The translations under genes and the position numbers were made by a program. A stretch of 64,000 nucleotides of DNA from an uncultured Actinomycetes bacterium (GTDB lineage: Bacteria > Actinomycetota > UBA4738 > HRBIN12), in NCBI GenBank assembly GCA_963704885.1, contig CAVPIB010000001.1, positions 160,001 through 224,000 on the forward strand. Direction: 5' to 3'. Shown piece by piece: positions 38,828 to 50,788 of this stretch. Position 1 is the stretch's first letter. The number at the start of each line of letters is the position of its first letter. Under the pieces are notes generated by a model. That model did not search any database. It saw nothing but the letters and a program-made list of their open reading frames with translations, and had not been told where the DNA came from.

Positions 38828-39931
38828 GTGAAGTTCCGGTGTGACCGAGACGCGCTCTCGGAGGCTCTACAGACCGTTCAGCGAGGTGTGTCGTCTCGCC
38901 CCGGCATCCCGGCGTTGACCGGGGTGCTGCTCGAGGCGACGGACGGCGGTGAGCTGACCATGATCACCACCGACCTCGAGGTGTCCGCGCGGTTGTCGAT
39001 CGCCGTGCAAGTGACCGAACCGGGGATCGCCCTGATCCCGGCGCGTCTCTTCGGCGACACGGTGAAGAGCTTGTCGAACGCGCCGGTCGACGTGGAGACC
39101 GATCAGAGCCAGGCGCGCATCCGTTGTGCGGCCTATGAAGGCACGTTGAGGCTGCTGCCGGCCGAGGACTTCCCGGGGCTGCAGGAGCCGAGCGGGACCC
39201 GGTTGACCGCGGAGGCCGGTGCGTTCGCGGAGGCCGTGAACCAGGTGGGGCGAGGGGCCTCGCGCGACGAAGCGCGCCCGGTTCTCACGGGCGTGCTGCT
39301 CGAGGTCAGTCGCGAGGGCGTGGTCATGGTGGCGACCGACTCGTACCGGCTGGCGGTGCGCGACCTTGTGGCCACGGCAGATGGCGAGGCGCGGGCGATC
39401 GTCCCCGAACGCGCGATGTCGGAGGCCGGACGCGCGGCTGCGGCCGACGAGAAGGGCTCCGTGGAGGTCTTCGTGGACGAGAGTCAGGTCTCGTTCAAGA
39501 TCGGTGGGCTCACGCTCACATCTCGATTGATCGAAGGTGAGTTCCCTAACTTCCGGCAGCTGCTGCCGGAGTCGACCGAGAGTCGGCTGACGATCTCTCG
39601 CCAGCAACTGCTCGATGCGGTCAGACGGGTAGGCCTACTGGCGCGTGACACCACACCGGTCCGCCTGGAGTTCAATGCGCTCGGAGTGAAGCTCTCCAGC
39701 TCGTCACCCGACCTCGGGCAAGCGGTCGAGACGGTGGAGGCGCGCTATGAGGGCGAGGACCTCACGGTCGCGTTCAACCCGCAGTACCTGGCAGACGGGC
39801 TCACGGCCGCCAACGGCGAGACCGTTCGCCTGGACGTTCGCGACGGGCTCAAGCCCGGTGTGGTCCACGGGGAGGGCGACGAGTTCACCTACCTGGTGAT
39901 GCCCGTCCGTCTGCCCGCGGCGGTGAGCTAG
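38828..39931 (+). CDS. dnaN: DNA polymerase III beta sliding clamp
   Basis: TTDLE, RPVLTGV, ATDSYRLA, LIEGEFPN, LVMPVR. Confidence 0.97.
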   Translation: MKFRCDRDALSEALQTVQRGVSSRPGIPALTGVLLEATDGGELTMITTDLEVSARLSIAVQVTEPGIALIPARLFGDTVKSLSNAPVDVETDQSQARIRCAAYEGTLRLLPAEDFPGLQEPSGTRLTAEAGAFAEAVNQVGRGASRDEARPVLTGVLLEVSREGVVMVATDSYRLAVRDLVATADGEARAIVPERAMSEAGRAAAADEKGSVEVFVDESQVSFKIGGLTLTSRLIEGEFPNFRQLLPESTESRLTISRQQLLDAVRRVGLLARDTTPVRLEFNALGVKLSSSSPDLGQAVETVEARYEGEDLTVAFNPQYLADGLTAANGETVRLDVRDGLKPGVVHGEGDEFTYLVMPVRLPAAVS

Positions 39932-39959
39932 GAAAGGCTGGGGCGCAAGGGTTCCCCTC

Positions 39960-41054
39960 ATGCGCCTGGCCTGGGTCGAGCTGCGCGACTTCCGCAACCA
40001 CGCTTACACGCGCATAGAGCCGGTACCCGATGGGCTGATCGTTGCCGTGGGTCCGAACGGCGAGGGCAAGACCAACCTGCTCGAGGGGATGTGCTACCTG
40101 TTCACGCTAGCGTCGCCGCGTGTCTCGGCGTCCGGGCCGCTCGTCCGCGGAGGTGCCGACGCCGCCTACGTGCGTGGCGAGGTCCAGACGAACGACGGCC
40201 TCGTCCTGGTGGAAGTGGAAGTGCCCACGCGTGGCGTGAGCCGCGTGAAGGTGAACCGTTCGTCCGTGCGTCGCAGGCGCGATCTCAGGCGTCAGGTTCG
40301 CGCGGTGTTCTTCGGGCCCGACGATCTGGACATGGTGCGCGGCGAACCGTCGCATCGGCGACGGTTCCTCGACGAGGCCGTCGTGGCTCTCTGGCCGCTG
40401 AAGGAGTCGCTGCTGTCTGGCTACGACCGGGCGCTACGTCAGCGCAACCGCCTGCTGAGGGAGTGGGATGGCCCTGGTGTCCCTGCGGGGATGGAGGCGT
40501 GGGACGCCGAGTTGATCCAGGCGGGCGCGGCCCTGATCCGCGCCCGGGCCGAGGCCGTCGACCTACTGACATCGCCCGCGTCCGAGGAGTTCGAGGCACT
40601 CGCCGACTACGGTTTGGCCTGCACGTACTCGCCGAACGTGCGGGGTGCCGAGGACCTGGAGGACATGTTCCGTACGCGGATCGACGAACGGCGCCACGAC
40701 GAGTTGGCGAGGCGAACCTCGCTGGTAGGGCCGCATCGCGATGATCTGGATCTGGCCGTCAGGGATCTGGGCGCGCGGGCGTTCGCCTCTCACGGCGAAG
40801 CTTGGGCGGCGGCGCTCTGCCTCCGCCTCGGTCTGGCGTCCGCGGTGGAGCTAGAGATCGGTGAGCCGCCGATCCTGCTGGTGGACGACCCGTTCTCGGC
40901 GCTCGACCCGAGGCGCCGCGATCAGATCGGCGAACGGCTCGCGGCCCGCGGAGGTCAGGTGGTCATCTCTGTCGCCGATGAGGCCGATGTGCCGGCGGCC
41001 GCTCACGCCACGTGGGACGTCGATGCTGGGACCGTCACGCCGAGGGCGGCCTGA
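39960..41054 (+). CDS. recF: DNA replication/repair protein RecF
   Basis: DFRN, GPNGEGKTNLLE, GPHRDDL, LVDDPFSALD. Confidence 0.95.
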   Translation: MRLAWVELRDFRNHAYTRIEPVPDGLIVAVGPNGEGKTNLLEGMCYLFTLASPRVSASGPLVRGGADAAYVRGEVQTNDGLVLVEVEVPTRGVSRVKVNRSSVRRRRDLRRQVRAVFFGPDDLDMVRGEPSHRRRFLDEAVVALWPLKESLLSGYDRALRQRNRLLREWDGPGVPAGMEAWDAELIQAGAALIRARAEAVDLLTSPASEEFEALADYGLACTYSPNVRGAEDLEDMFRTRIDERRHDELARRTSLVGPHRDDLDLAVRDLGARAFASHGEAWAAALCLRLGLASAVELEIGEPPILLVDDPFSALDPRRRDQIGERLAARGGQVVISVADEADVPAAAHATWDVDAGTVTPRAA

Positions 41055-41395
41055 TGCCGCACTCCAAGGGTTGGCGAACCCGGCGCGACCCACGCTCCAG
41101 CGACGCCGTCCAGATCGGCGACATAGTCGACGGCCTGTTCGAAGAGGAGATCTTCTCTCGGGGCATGCCGATCGCTCAGCTCGCCTCTGGTTGGGTCCAG
41201 ATCGTGGGAGAACGACTGGCGGGCGAGACGGCGCCGATGAGTTTGGAGGCCGGGGTTCTTACGGTCGCGGCGACCAACGGGCCGTGGGGGGCTCAGGCCC
41301 GGTTCTTGCATGAGCAGATCCGGCACAAGGCCAACCAGGCGCTCGGCGGTGAGACCGTTTCGTCGGTCCGTGTGGTCGTGCGAAACAGCAGGTAG
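41054..41395 (+). CDS. DUF721/DciA family protein
   Basis: WVQIVGE motif; position between recF and gyrB. Confidence 0.8.
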   Translation: MPHSKGWRTRRDPRSSDAVQIGDIVDGLFEEEIFSRGMPIAQLASGWVQIVGERLAGETAPMSLEAGVLTVAATNGPWGAQARFLHEQIRHKANQALGGETVSSVRVVVRNSR

Positions 41396-41447
41396 ATGGC
41401 CTGAAACAGGTCGCGGAACCGCGCCGAACGTCGGCCCTGATTGGTAG

Positions 41448-43484
<2,037 letters not shown>

Positions 43485-43540
43485 GTCGAGCGGGCCGAGA
43501 GCCGTCGGGGAGCGTAGGCCAAGAAGCGTAGGAAGGACCC

Positions 43541-45988
43541 ATGTCACAGAACCTGTTCGCCGGCCGCATCGAGGACATCCAACTCGAAGACGAGATCCAG
43601 AGCTCGTACCTGGACTACGCGATGTCGGTCATCGTGGGCCGGGCGCTTCCCGACGTCCGCGACGGGCTCAAGCCGGTCCACAAGCGGATCCTGTGGGCCA
43701 TGCTCGAGGCTGGGTACCGCCCAGACCGCCCACATCGCAAGTCTGCCGCGGTGATCGGCGACGTGTTGAAGAAGTACCACCCGCACGGCGACCAATCCGT
43801 GTACGACGCCCTTGTCCGCATGGCGCAAGATTGGTCGCTGCGCTACCCGCTGGTCGACGGCCACGGTAACTTCGGTTCGGTCGACGGTGATCCGGCCGCT
43901 GCATATAGATACACGGAAGCGCGTCTCGCGCCCATGGCGATGGAGATGCTGCGCGACATCGAGGCCGAAACCGTCGACTTCGTCCCGAACTTCGACGGAT
44001 ACGAACAGCAGCCGGTCGTCCTGCCCAGCAGGTTCCCGAACCTGTTGGTGAACGGCTCGGGCGGGATCGCCGTCGGTATGGCCACGAACATCCCCCCGCA
44101 CAACCTCGGCGAGACGATCGACGCGGTCGTGCACTTCCTGGACAACCCCGACGCGACCCCCGGCGACCTCATGAAGTTCATCAAGGGGCCCGACTTCCCG
44201 ACCGGCGCCACGATCATGGGGCGCCAGGGCATCAAGGACATCTACGAGACCGGTCGCGGCTCGATCAAGGTCCGGGCCGTGACGCAGGTGGAGGAAGGCG
44301 CGAACGGCCGCTCGAAGATCGTCGTGACCGAGCTGCCCTACCAGGTCAACAAGGCGCGCCTCGCGGAGAAGATCGCCGACCTCGTGAAACTCGGCCGGCT
44401 GAAGGACATCGCCGACCTCAAGGACGAGTCCAACCGCGAGGGCATGCGGTTGGTCATCGAGTGCAAGCGCGCCGCGAACCCGCAGGTCCTGTTGAACCAG
44501 CTCTACAAGACGACCCAGCTACAGGAATCGTTCGGCGCCATCATGCTCGCGCTCGTCGATGGCGTACCGCGCACGCTGAACCTGGCCGAGATGGTCGGCT
44601 ACTACGTCGATCACCAGGTGGACGTCGTCACCCGGCGCACCCAGTACCTGCTGCGCAAGGCCGAGGATCGCGACCACATCGTCCTGGGGCTGCTGATCGC
44701 GCTCGATCATCTCGACGAGGTCATCGCCATCATCCGGGCCTCGCAGGACGCCGAGGCTGCGCGGAAGCGTCTGATGACGAAGTTCAAGCTGTCCGAGATA
44801 CAGGCGAACCACATCCTGGACATGCCGCTGCGGCGCCTCACCAAGCTCGCGCGGACCGAGCTCGAGGATGAGCACAAGAAGCTGCTCGAGGACATCGATT
44901 ACTTCAACAGCCTGCTGAAGGATCCGAAGCTCCTGCGCGGCGTCATCAAGGAAGAGATCCTCGAGATCCGCAAGAAGCACGCCGATGGGCGGCGCACGAA
45001 GATCATGGCCGACGAAGGCGACCTCGACATCGAGGACCTGATCGCCGAAGAGGACGTGATCATCACGGTCAGCCGCGCCGGCTACGTGAAGCGGCTGCCG
45101 GTCGACGCGTTCAAGCGGCAACTCCGCGGCGGCAAAGGAGTGCGCGGCCAGAACCTCAAGGAAGAGGACGTCGTCAAGCACGTGTTCACGACGACCACGC
45201 ATCACTGGATGCTGTTCTTCACCACGAAGGGGCGGGTGTACCGCTTGAAGGCCCACAGCATCCCGGAATCGGGCCGGACGGCGCGGGGCCTCTACGCCGC
45301 GAACCTGCCCGGGGTCGCGCTCGACGGCGACGAGCGCATCAGCGCGGTGATCGACCTCAAGGAGTACTCGGAAGGCGAGTACCTGCTCTTCGCCACCCGC
45401 AACGGCATCGTGAAGAAGACCAAGCTGCCCGAGTACGACTCGCCGCGCACCGGTCTCATCGCGATCAACCTCCGCCAGGATGACGAGCTGATCGACGTGA
45501 AGCTCACGGACGGCAAGGACGAGATCTTCCTCGTCTCGCGCAAGGGGCAGGCGATCCGATTCAAGGAGTCGCTCGCCCGCCCGATGGGTCGCGGGACGGG
45601 TGGCGTCATCGGGATGCGGCTGGGTGAAGACGACCGGGTGATCGTGGTCGGCCTGGCATCCGACGGCGAGGAGATGATCAGCGTGACCGAGCAGGGCTAC
45701 GGCAAGCGCTCGAAGCTCGCCGACTATCCGCCCAAAGGGCGCGGTGGCAAGGGCGTGATCGGCCACCAGCTCACCAAGAAGACAGGGCTGCTCGCGGGCG
45801 CGTACATCGGCTCGAAAGACATCGACATGTTCGTGATCTCGTCGAGCGGACAGGTGGTTCGCGTTCCGGCCGGCGACATCCGCCGGGTCGGTCGAGCAAG
45901 CCAGGGCGTGCGAACGATGCGGGTCGAGGAGGGTGCCACGGTCGTTGCGCTGGCGCCGGTGATCATCCAGATGGACGAAGAGGAGTAG
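43541..45988 (+). CDS. gyrA: DNA gyrase subunit A
   Basis: RALPDVRDGLKP, HPHGD, AAAYRYTEAR, GyrA-box-like QLRGGKG, beta-pinwheel CTD. Confidence 0.97.
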   Translation: MSQNLFAGRIEDIQLEDEIQSSYLDYAMSVIVGRALPDVRDGLKPVHKRILWAMLEAGYRPDRPHRKSAAVIGDVLKKYHPHGDQSVYDALVRMAQDWSLRYPLVDGHGNFGSVDGDPAAAYRYTEARLAPMAMEMLRDIEAETVDFVPNFDGYEQQPVVLPSRFPNLLVNGSGGIAVGMATNIPPHNLGETIDAVVHFLDNPDATPGDLMKFIKGPDFPTGATIMGRQGIKDIYETGRGSIKVRAVTQVEEGANGRSKIVVTELPYQVNKARLAEKIADLVKLGRLKDIADLKDESNREGMRLVIECKRAANPQVLLNQLYKTTQLQESFGAIMLALVDGVPRTLNLAEMVGYYVDHQVDVVTRRTQYLLRKAEDRDHIVLGLLIALDHLDEVIAIIRASQDAEAARKRLMTKFKLSEIQANHILDMPLRRLTKLARTELEDEHKKLLEDIDYFNSLLKDPKLLRGVIKEEILEIRKKHADGRRTKIMADEGDLDIEDLIAEEDVIITVSRAGYVKRLPVDAFKRQLRGGKGVRGQNLKEEDVVKHVFTTTTHHWMLFFTTKGRVYRLKAHSIPESGRTARGLYAANLPGVALDGDERISAVIDLKEYSEGEYLLFATRNGIVKKTKLPEYDSPRTGLIAINLRQDDELIDVKLTDGKDEIFLVSRKGQAIRFKESLARPMGRGTGGVIGMRLGEDDRVIVVGLASDGEEMISVTEQGYGKRSKLADYPPKGRGGKGVIGHQLTKKTGLLAGAYIGSKDIDMFVISSSGQVVRVPAGDIRRVGRASQGVRTMRVEEGATVVALAPVIIQMDEEE

Positions 45989-47210
45989 CGGGCTCGGCGG
46001 TTTCGGGCAGCCGGACCTTCTTGAACGTCCGCCAGAGCAGCAGGTCGTAGACGCACTTCACCGCCCCGGCCACGACGAACGGCGCGCCCACGGCCACGTT
46101 CTGCATGAGGGCGGCGCCGATCGCGGGTCCGAACGGCCTTGCCACGTATCGCGATGTGTTGGTGAACGCCGCCGCCGCCGCCCGCTCCTGCGGGTCGACC
46201 ATGGCCGCGATGTAGGCCTGCCGGGTGGGAACGTCCATCTGCGACAGCGCGAACCGAGCGAGCAACACGGCGATCGCCAGCTCCAGCGTGGGCATGAAGG
46301 GCACGAGCGCGAGCAGCACGTTCGACGGCAGGTGGGAGAAGACCATGGTGTTCAGCAGGCCGAACCGCGAGCCTATACGTGCTGCCACGATCGACGAGCC
46401 CGCCTGCAGCAGCCCTCCTGCGAACACCACGACGCTCATGAGCTGCGGCGACGCGCCGAACGTGCGCTCGAACCAGAACACGATGAACGTCATGACCACG
46501 AAGCCGCCCGCGAACGCGTCCAGCGCGAAGAGCGAGCTCAGCTTCAGGACGTTCGAGCGAGAGCGCTGTAGAGGTCGCTGAGCATCGGCCGTTCCGCCAG
46601 CCTCGATGCCCAGGGACAATCTACGAACTAGTATGAGACAGACTAGTGCGCCGACGGGGAACAGCAGGAGCCATCGCTGATCGTTTGGCGCGCCGTGCCA
46701 GACGTCGCGCAGGAACGCCGGACCCCCCGCTGCCAGGGCGCCGACGGCGCCCGCCAGATATGCGATCGCGTTGTATCGGCCGAACACTCGGATCCGGACA
46801 TCGGATGGTGCCTGACCGATCATGGCCTGTTCGAGCGACGTGATCGGCCCCGATTCGTTCGCGTCCGTCGACATCATGCCGGTGAGCGCGACGAGGATCA
46901 GGACTGCCAGCGCGTCGGTGAGCGCGAAGACCGCGCCAGCCAGCCCGAAGGCCACCAGGAGTGCCGCGTACAGCCGCCGCCGCCCGATGCGCTCGGCGAA
47001 GATGCCAACGCCGATGGTGGCCAGCGCCATACCCACGAGCATCGCGGTGAACACCAGTCCCACCTGGGCGTCGGAGAGATCGCTGGAGGCGAACGCCGTC
47101 GCCAGCACCACCGTTGCGAAACCGTAGAGCGCGGCTCTGATCGCTTGGACCCACAGCAGCCGTCGCAGGTCGCGTTCGATGCCCTCCGCGGACGGTTCCG
47201 TGCTGTTCAC
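45963..47210 (-). CDS. MFS transporter
   Basis: AERIGRRR, LEQAM, FALDAFAGG, SQMDVPTRQAY; TATCGT -10 6 nt before GTG. Confidence 0.88.
   Translation of the reverse strand: MNSTEPSAEGIERDLRRLLWVQAIRAALYGFATVVLATAFASSDLSDAQVGLVFTAMLVGMALATIGVGIFAERIGRRRLYAALLVAFGLAGAVFALTDALAVLILVALTGMMSTDANESGPITSLEQAMIGQAPSDVRIRVFGRYNAIAYLAGAVGALAAGGPAFLRDVWHGAPNDQRWLLLFPVGALVCLILVRRLSLGIEAGGTADAQRPLQRSRSNVLKLSSLFALDAFAGGFVVMTFIVFWFERTFGASPQLMSVVVFAGGLLQAGSSIVAARIGSRFGLLNTMVFSHLPSNVLLALVPFMPTLELAIAVLLARFALSQMDVPTRQAYIAAMVDPQERAAAAAFTNTSRYVARPFGPAIGAALMQNVAVGAPFVVAGAVKCVYDLLLWRTFKKVRLPETAEPATPLRPSG
46627..46647. repeat. palindrome copy 3 (ACTAGTATG-AGA-CAGACTAGT) inside the MFS CDS
   Basis: 17/18 match to consensus arms; reads GCA CTA GTC TGT CTC ATA CTA GTT CGT AGA on the coding strand. 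Confidence 0.8.
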
Positions 47211-47310
47211 GTCCGCACGATAGCCCCAAGTCTGGGGCCGTTCGGCACACCCGTCGACCCGAGGGTGCTTGCCCCGGCGGGTGCGTACCCTTAGAAAGCT
47301 TGGAGAGGAG

Positions 47311-47796
47311 ATGGCTCAAACGATCGAGGACCCCACCCCACCGCCCGCTGCTGCGTCGCCGGAGCCTTCGTCGACGCCTGCTTCTGCTACCCCGCCGGTC
47401 ACGCCCGGCCGTGCCTCGATCCATGCGGCGCCCCGTCGCACGCGGGTCGTGGTCCGTAAGGTAGGGCCGCTCTCGGTCCTCAAGTTCTCGCTGATCTTCT
47501 ACTTCTGCGTGATGCTGATCGTGTACTTCGCGCTCATGATCATCTACTGGGTCTTGAACACGGTCGGCGCTATCGACTCAACCGGCAGGTTGCTGGGGTA
47601 CGTGTTCGCAACCGGGACCGCCGAGAGCTCGGAGCCGGTCGAGATCAGGTTCGGGATCTTGTTCACCTGGTTGTTCCTGGTAGGTCTGGCGAACGTCGTC
47701 CTGTGGTCGCTCGTGAACGTCTTCGTGGCGTTCCTCTACAACCTGATCAGCGATGTCGTGGGCGGCATCGAAGTGACGCTCGCCCAGAAGCGCTGA
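47311..47796 (+). CDS. DUF3566 membrane protein
   Basis: PLSVLKFS ... AFLYNLISDVVGGIEVTL; conserved position after gyrA. Confidence 0.88.
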   Translation: MAQTIEDPTPPPAAASPEPSSTPASATPPVTPGRASIHAAPRRTRVVVRKVGPLSVLKFSLIFYFCVMLIVYFALMIIYWVLNTVGAIDSTGRLLGYVFATGTAESSEPVEIRFGILFTWLFLVGLANVVLWSLVNVFVAFLYNLISDVVGGIEVTLAQKR

Positions 47797-47858
47797 GGTT
47801 TGACACCCTTTCCCGACCGTGACTACGCTGGCGAAGGGCCACGGGCCCCGTCCGACCA

Positions 47859-47933
47859 GGGCCTGTAGCTCAGCTCGGTTAGAGCGCTTCCCTGATAAGG
47901 AAGAGGTCGATGGTTCAAGTCCATCCAGGCCCA
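47859..47933 (+). tRNA. tRNA-Ile(GAT); CCA not encoded
   Basis: GGGCCTG/CAGGCCC acceptor stem, anticodon loop CTGATAA, GGTTCAAGTCC T-arm. Confidence 0.97.
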
Positions 47934-47956
47934 CTCCCGGAAGGAGGGCTTCTCAC

Positions 47957-48133
47957 ATGGCGGATGACTCCGACGTGAAGGAAGAGAAGAAGGGCGGTTT
48001 CTTCAGGAAGCTGTTCAAGTTGGCGTTCGTCGCTGCGATCATCGCGGCGGTCGCGGCGGTCTTCAAGCGCCGTCGCGGCAGCGATGTGGACGACGTCGAG
48101 TGGCAGGAGCTGCCACCCCCCGCGGGCGGATAG
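47957..48133 (+). CDS. small single-TM protein (DLW-39-like)
   Basis: AAGGAGG SD; TM + KRRR + DVEWQE; typical position after tRNA-Ile. Confidence 0.7.
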   Translation: MADDSDVKEEKKGGFFRKLFKLAFVAAIIAAVAAVFKRRRGSDVDDVEWQELPPPAGG

Positions 48134-48159
48134 GTTCGCCCGAAACACGTCCGACGTAC

Positions 48160-48186
48160 GAGAGCCCGTGCGAAGCACGGGCTCTC
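48160..48186 (+). terminator. hairpin terminator
   Basis: GAGAGCCCGTGC-GAA-GCACGGGCTCTC 12-bp perfect stem. Confidence 0.7.
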
Positions 48187-48218
48187 GGCGTCCCGGGACC
48201 CGGCGCTAGACTCCGCCG

Positions 48219-49028
48219 ATGGAGGCGTGGCAGGAAGCGAACGACGCCGCGGCGGCCGCCGGCGTCGAGCTCCGGTCGTTGAGCACCGTCGAGGATGCAG
48301 ACCGCCTCTTAGGCGTCATGATCGCCACATGGGGCGAGCATCAGCTGGTCCCGCGCGAGATGATCAGGGCCTTCGCAGAGAGCGGTAATATCTCGTGGGG
48401 CGCCTGGGACGGCGACCGATTGATCGGCTACGTGCTGGGCTGGGCCGGAGTAACGCCCGGGGACGGCCTTCACACGCACTCCCACATGCTGGCAGCGCTT
48501 CCCGATAGGCGCCACAGGGGCGTCGGCTACGCGCTCAAGCTGGCCCAGAGGGCGCAATGCCTGGATCAGGGCATCACCCTCGTTCGATGGACGTTCGACC
48601 CGTTGTTGTCGCGGAACGCGCACTTCAACCTGACCAAGCTCGGTGCTAGTGCGGATCGGTTCCTACCCAATGAGTACGGCGAGATGACCGACATCCAGAA
48701 CGCGGGGGACCGAAGCGATCGGTTGATGGTTCGATGGGAGCTGGATCGAGGGCCGCGCGGCGCCCCCGTCTTGGACCCGCACCTTGTCCTACGTCGGGAG
48801 GGCGAGGATCCGGATCTGCCGGTTCCATCGGACGTTCATCCACCCGACGGTCCGGCGGCGGTCATCCAGATCCCGCGCGAGTACCACGAACTCCGTGAGC
48901 GCGACCGGGATCTAGCCGACGGTTGGCGCCTGGCCTCGGCGACGGCCTTCTCGCTGTGTTTCGATGCTGGCTTGATCGCCACGGCGTTCATACCCGATTC
49001 GACCTACGTCCTCACGCGCGAGCCATGA
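48219..49028 (+). CDS. GNAT family N-acyl(succinyl)transferase
   Basis: HSHMLA, GVGYALKLAQR, WTFDPL..RNAHFNLTKLG, SDRL. Confidence 0.85.
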   Translation: MEAWQEANDAAAAAGVELRSLSTVEDADRLLGVMIATWGEHQLVPREMIRAFAESGNISWGAWDGDRLIGYVLGWAGVTPGDGLHTHSHMLAALPDRRHRGVGYALKLAQRAQCLDQGITLVRWTFDPLLSRNAHFNLTKLGASADRFLPNEYGEMTDIQNAGDRSDRLMVRWELDRGPRGAPVLDPHLVLRREGEDPDLPVPSDVHPPDGPAAVIQIPREYHELRERDRDLADGWRLASATAFSLCFDAGLIATAFIPDSTYVLTREP

Positions 49029-50134
49029 CCAAGGTCACCGACATCGAGCTCCGCCTGATCGGGCTGCCGCTGAAGAGCCCGTTCCGAACCAGCTTCGGCG
49101 TGGAGACCGAGAAGGTGTGCGTCTTGGCCCGGATCGCGACGGAGGAGTCTGAGGGTTGGGGTGAATGTGTGGCCGGGCCAGACCCCGGCTTCTCCGAAGA
49201 GTGGAACGAGAGCGCCTGGTTGGTGATCCGAGACTTCCTGGCACCCGCGCTCTTCGCGGCTGGAGACGTGACCATCGACGACGTGGATCGGGTGCTGGGG
49301 AGTGTTCGCGGGAACCCCATGGCCAAGGCGACGGTGATCGACGCGTTCCTGGACGCGGAGCTGAGGGCCCAGGGGCTTTCCCTCGCTGAGCATCTGGGCG
49401 CCGACAGGGATCGCGTGCCTTGCGGTGTGTCCATAGGGATCGCCGACACCACCGTCGAGCTGCTCGAGCGGGTGGAGAGGTACCTGGGCGACGGCTATCA
49501 GCGGATCAAGCTGAAGATCGAACCCGGCCGGGACGTCGAGCGCGTCGGAGCGGTTCGAGCCGCCCACCCGGACATCCTGCTCTCGGTCGACGCGAATGCC
49601 GCGTACACGCTCGAGGACGTCGGCGTCTTCAAGGCGCTCGACGAGTTCGGCCTGTTGATGATCGAGCAGCCGCTGCATCAGGACGACCTGTTCCAGCACG
49701 CCGCACTTCAATCGCAGATCCGAAGCGACATCTGTCTTGACGAATCGATCCGAACTGCGGCCGACGCCTCGGCGGCGATCGAGCTGGGGGCGTGCCGCAT
49801 CGTGAACATCAAACAGGGACGAGTCGGTGGGGTCCCGGAGGCCCGGCGGATCCACGACGTGGCGCGCGCCTTGGGCGTTCCCGTGTGGTGCGGGGGAATG
49901 CTCGAGACCGGGATCGGACGGGCCACGAACCTCGCGCTGGCCTCGATGCCGGGCTTCAACCTCCCCGGCGACACGAGCGCATCCAACCGGTACTTCACCG
50001 ACGACATCACCGAGCCGTTCGTGGTGGATCCCGACGGGACCATGGCCGTTCCCACGGGGCCGGGGATCGGCGTGACCCCACGCCTCGATCGCTTGGAAGC
50101 CTGCACGATCCGCACCGAGACGCTGAGGCGATAG
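49025..50134 (+). CDS. menC: o-succinylbenzoate synthase / N-acylamino acid racemase (enolase superfamily)
   Basis: PFRTSFG, KLKI, DAN, EQP, DES, NIKQGRVGG, WCGGMLETG, PGDTSAS. Confidence 0.88.
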   Translation: MTKVTDIELRLIGLPLKSPFRTSFGVETEKVCVLARIATEESEGWGECVAGPDPGFSEEWNESAWLVIRDFLAPALFAAGDVTIDDVDRVLGSVRGNPMAKATVIDAFLDAELRAQGLSLAEHLGADRDRVPCGVSIGIADTTVELLERVERYLGDGYQRIKLKIEPGRDVERVGAVRAAHPDILLSVDANAAYTLEDVGVFKALDEFGLLMIEQPLHQDDLFQHAALQSQIRSDICLDESIRTAADASAAIELGACRIVNIKQGRVGGVPEARRIHDVARALGVPVWCGGMLETGIGRATNLALASMPGFNLPGDTSASNRYFTDDITEPFVVDPDGTMAVPTGPGIGVTPRLDRLEACTIRTETLRR

Positions 50135-50227
50135 CTCGCGCTTCCTTCTCCGCGCTGCTTGAGCCGGCCCCCAACACGCGCGACGATAGCCGGACGCCGC
50201 GAGCTCGTTGCTGCGGCGTCTCAAACG

Positions 50228-50788
50228 ATGAAGAAACGTGTGGTCCGCGCGGAGGAGTTCGAGGTCGTCGACGAGAGCGGCGGCGTTCGACTGCGCATCG
50301 GCCTGGGCAACGACGACTCGCCCTTCTTCTCCATGCTCGATCCTGCCGGTCAGGTTCGCGCCCGCTTCGGTCTGTCCTCCGACGGGTCGGCGGGCCTCGC
50401 GATCGGCGACGACAACGGCAAGGTCCGCGCGACGCTTGGACTTTCGTCGGATGGATCGGCCAGCCTGGCGTTCGGCGACAAGAACGGACGGATCCGCGCC
50501 AAGTTCGGTCTGGCGCCGGAGGCCTCGCCCACGTTGGGCATGCAGGTCCGAAGCGGCGAACTGCATCAGGTCTACAGCCTGGCCGAACAGGGATCACCGA
50601 CGATGGGCCTGTACGACAAGGCCGGAAAGGTCCGGGTGAGGCTGGGCCTGGCCGCCGAAGGCTCGCCGGTGCTCCGGCTACTCGATCACGAGGGCGAGCT
50701 GCGGGCCGTGGTCGGCCTGGCCGGTGACGGCAGCCCGTTCATCCAGTTCATGGATGAACAGAAGGCGCCCACCTGGACGATGCGATGA
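50228..50788 (+). CDS. hypothetical beta-repeat protein (7 x 23 aa)
   Basis: Repeat unit D-x-x-G-x-V-R-x-x-x-G-L-x-x-[DE]-G-S; stop overlaps the next ATG. Confidence 0.75.
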   Translation: MKKRVVRAEEFEVVDESGGVRLRIGLGNDDSPFFSMLDPAGQVRARFGLSSDGSAGLAIGDDNGKVRATLGLSSDGSASLAFGDKNGRIRAKFGLAPEASPTLGMQVRSGELHQVYSLAEQGSPTMGLYDKAGKVRVRLGLAAEGSPVLRLLDHEGELRAVVGLAGDGSPFIQFMDEQKAPTWTMR

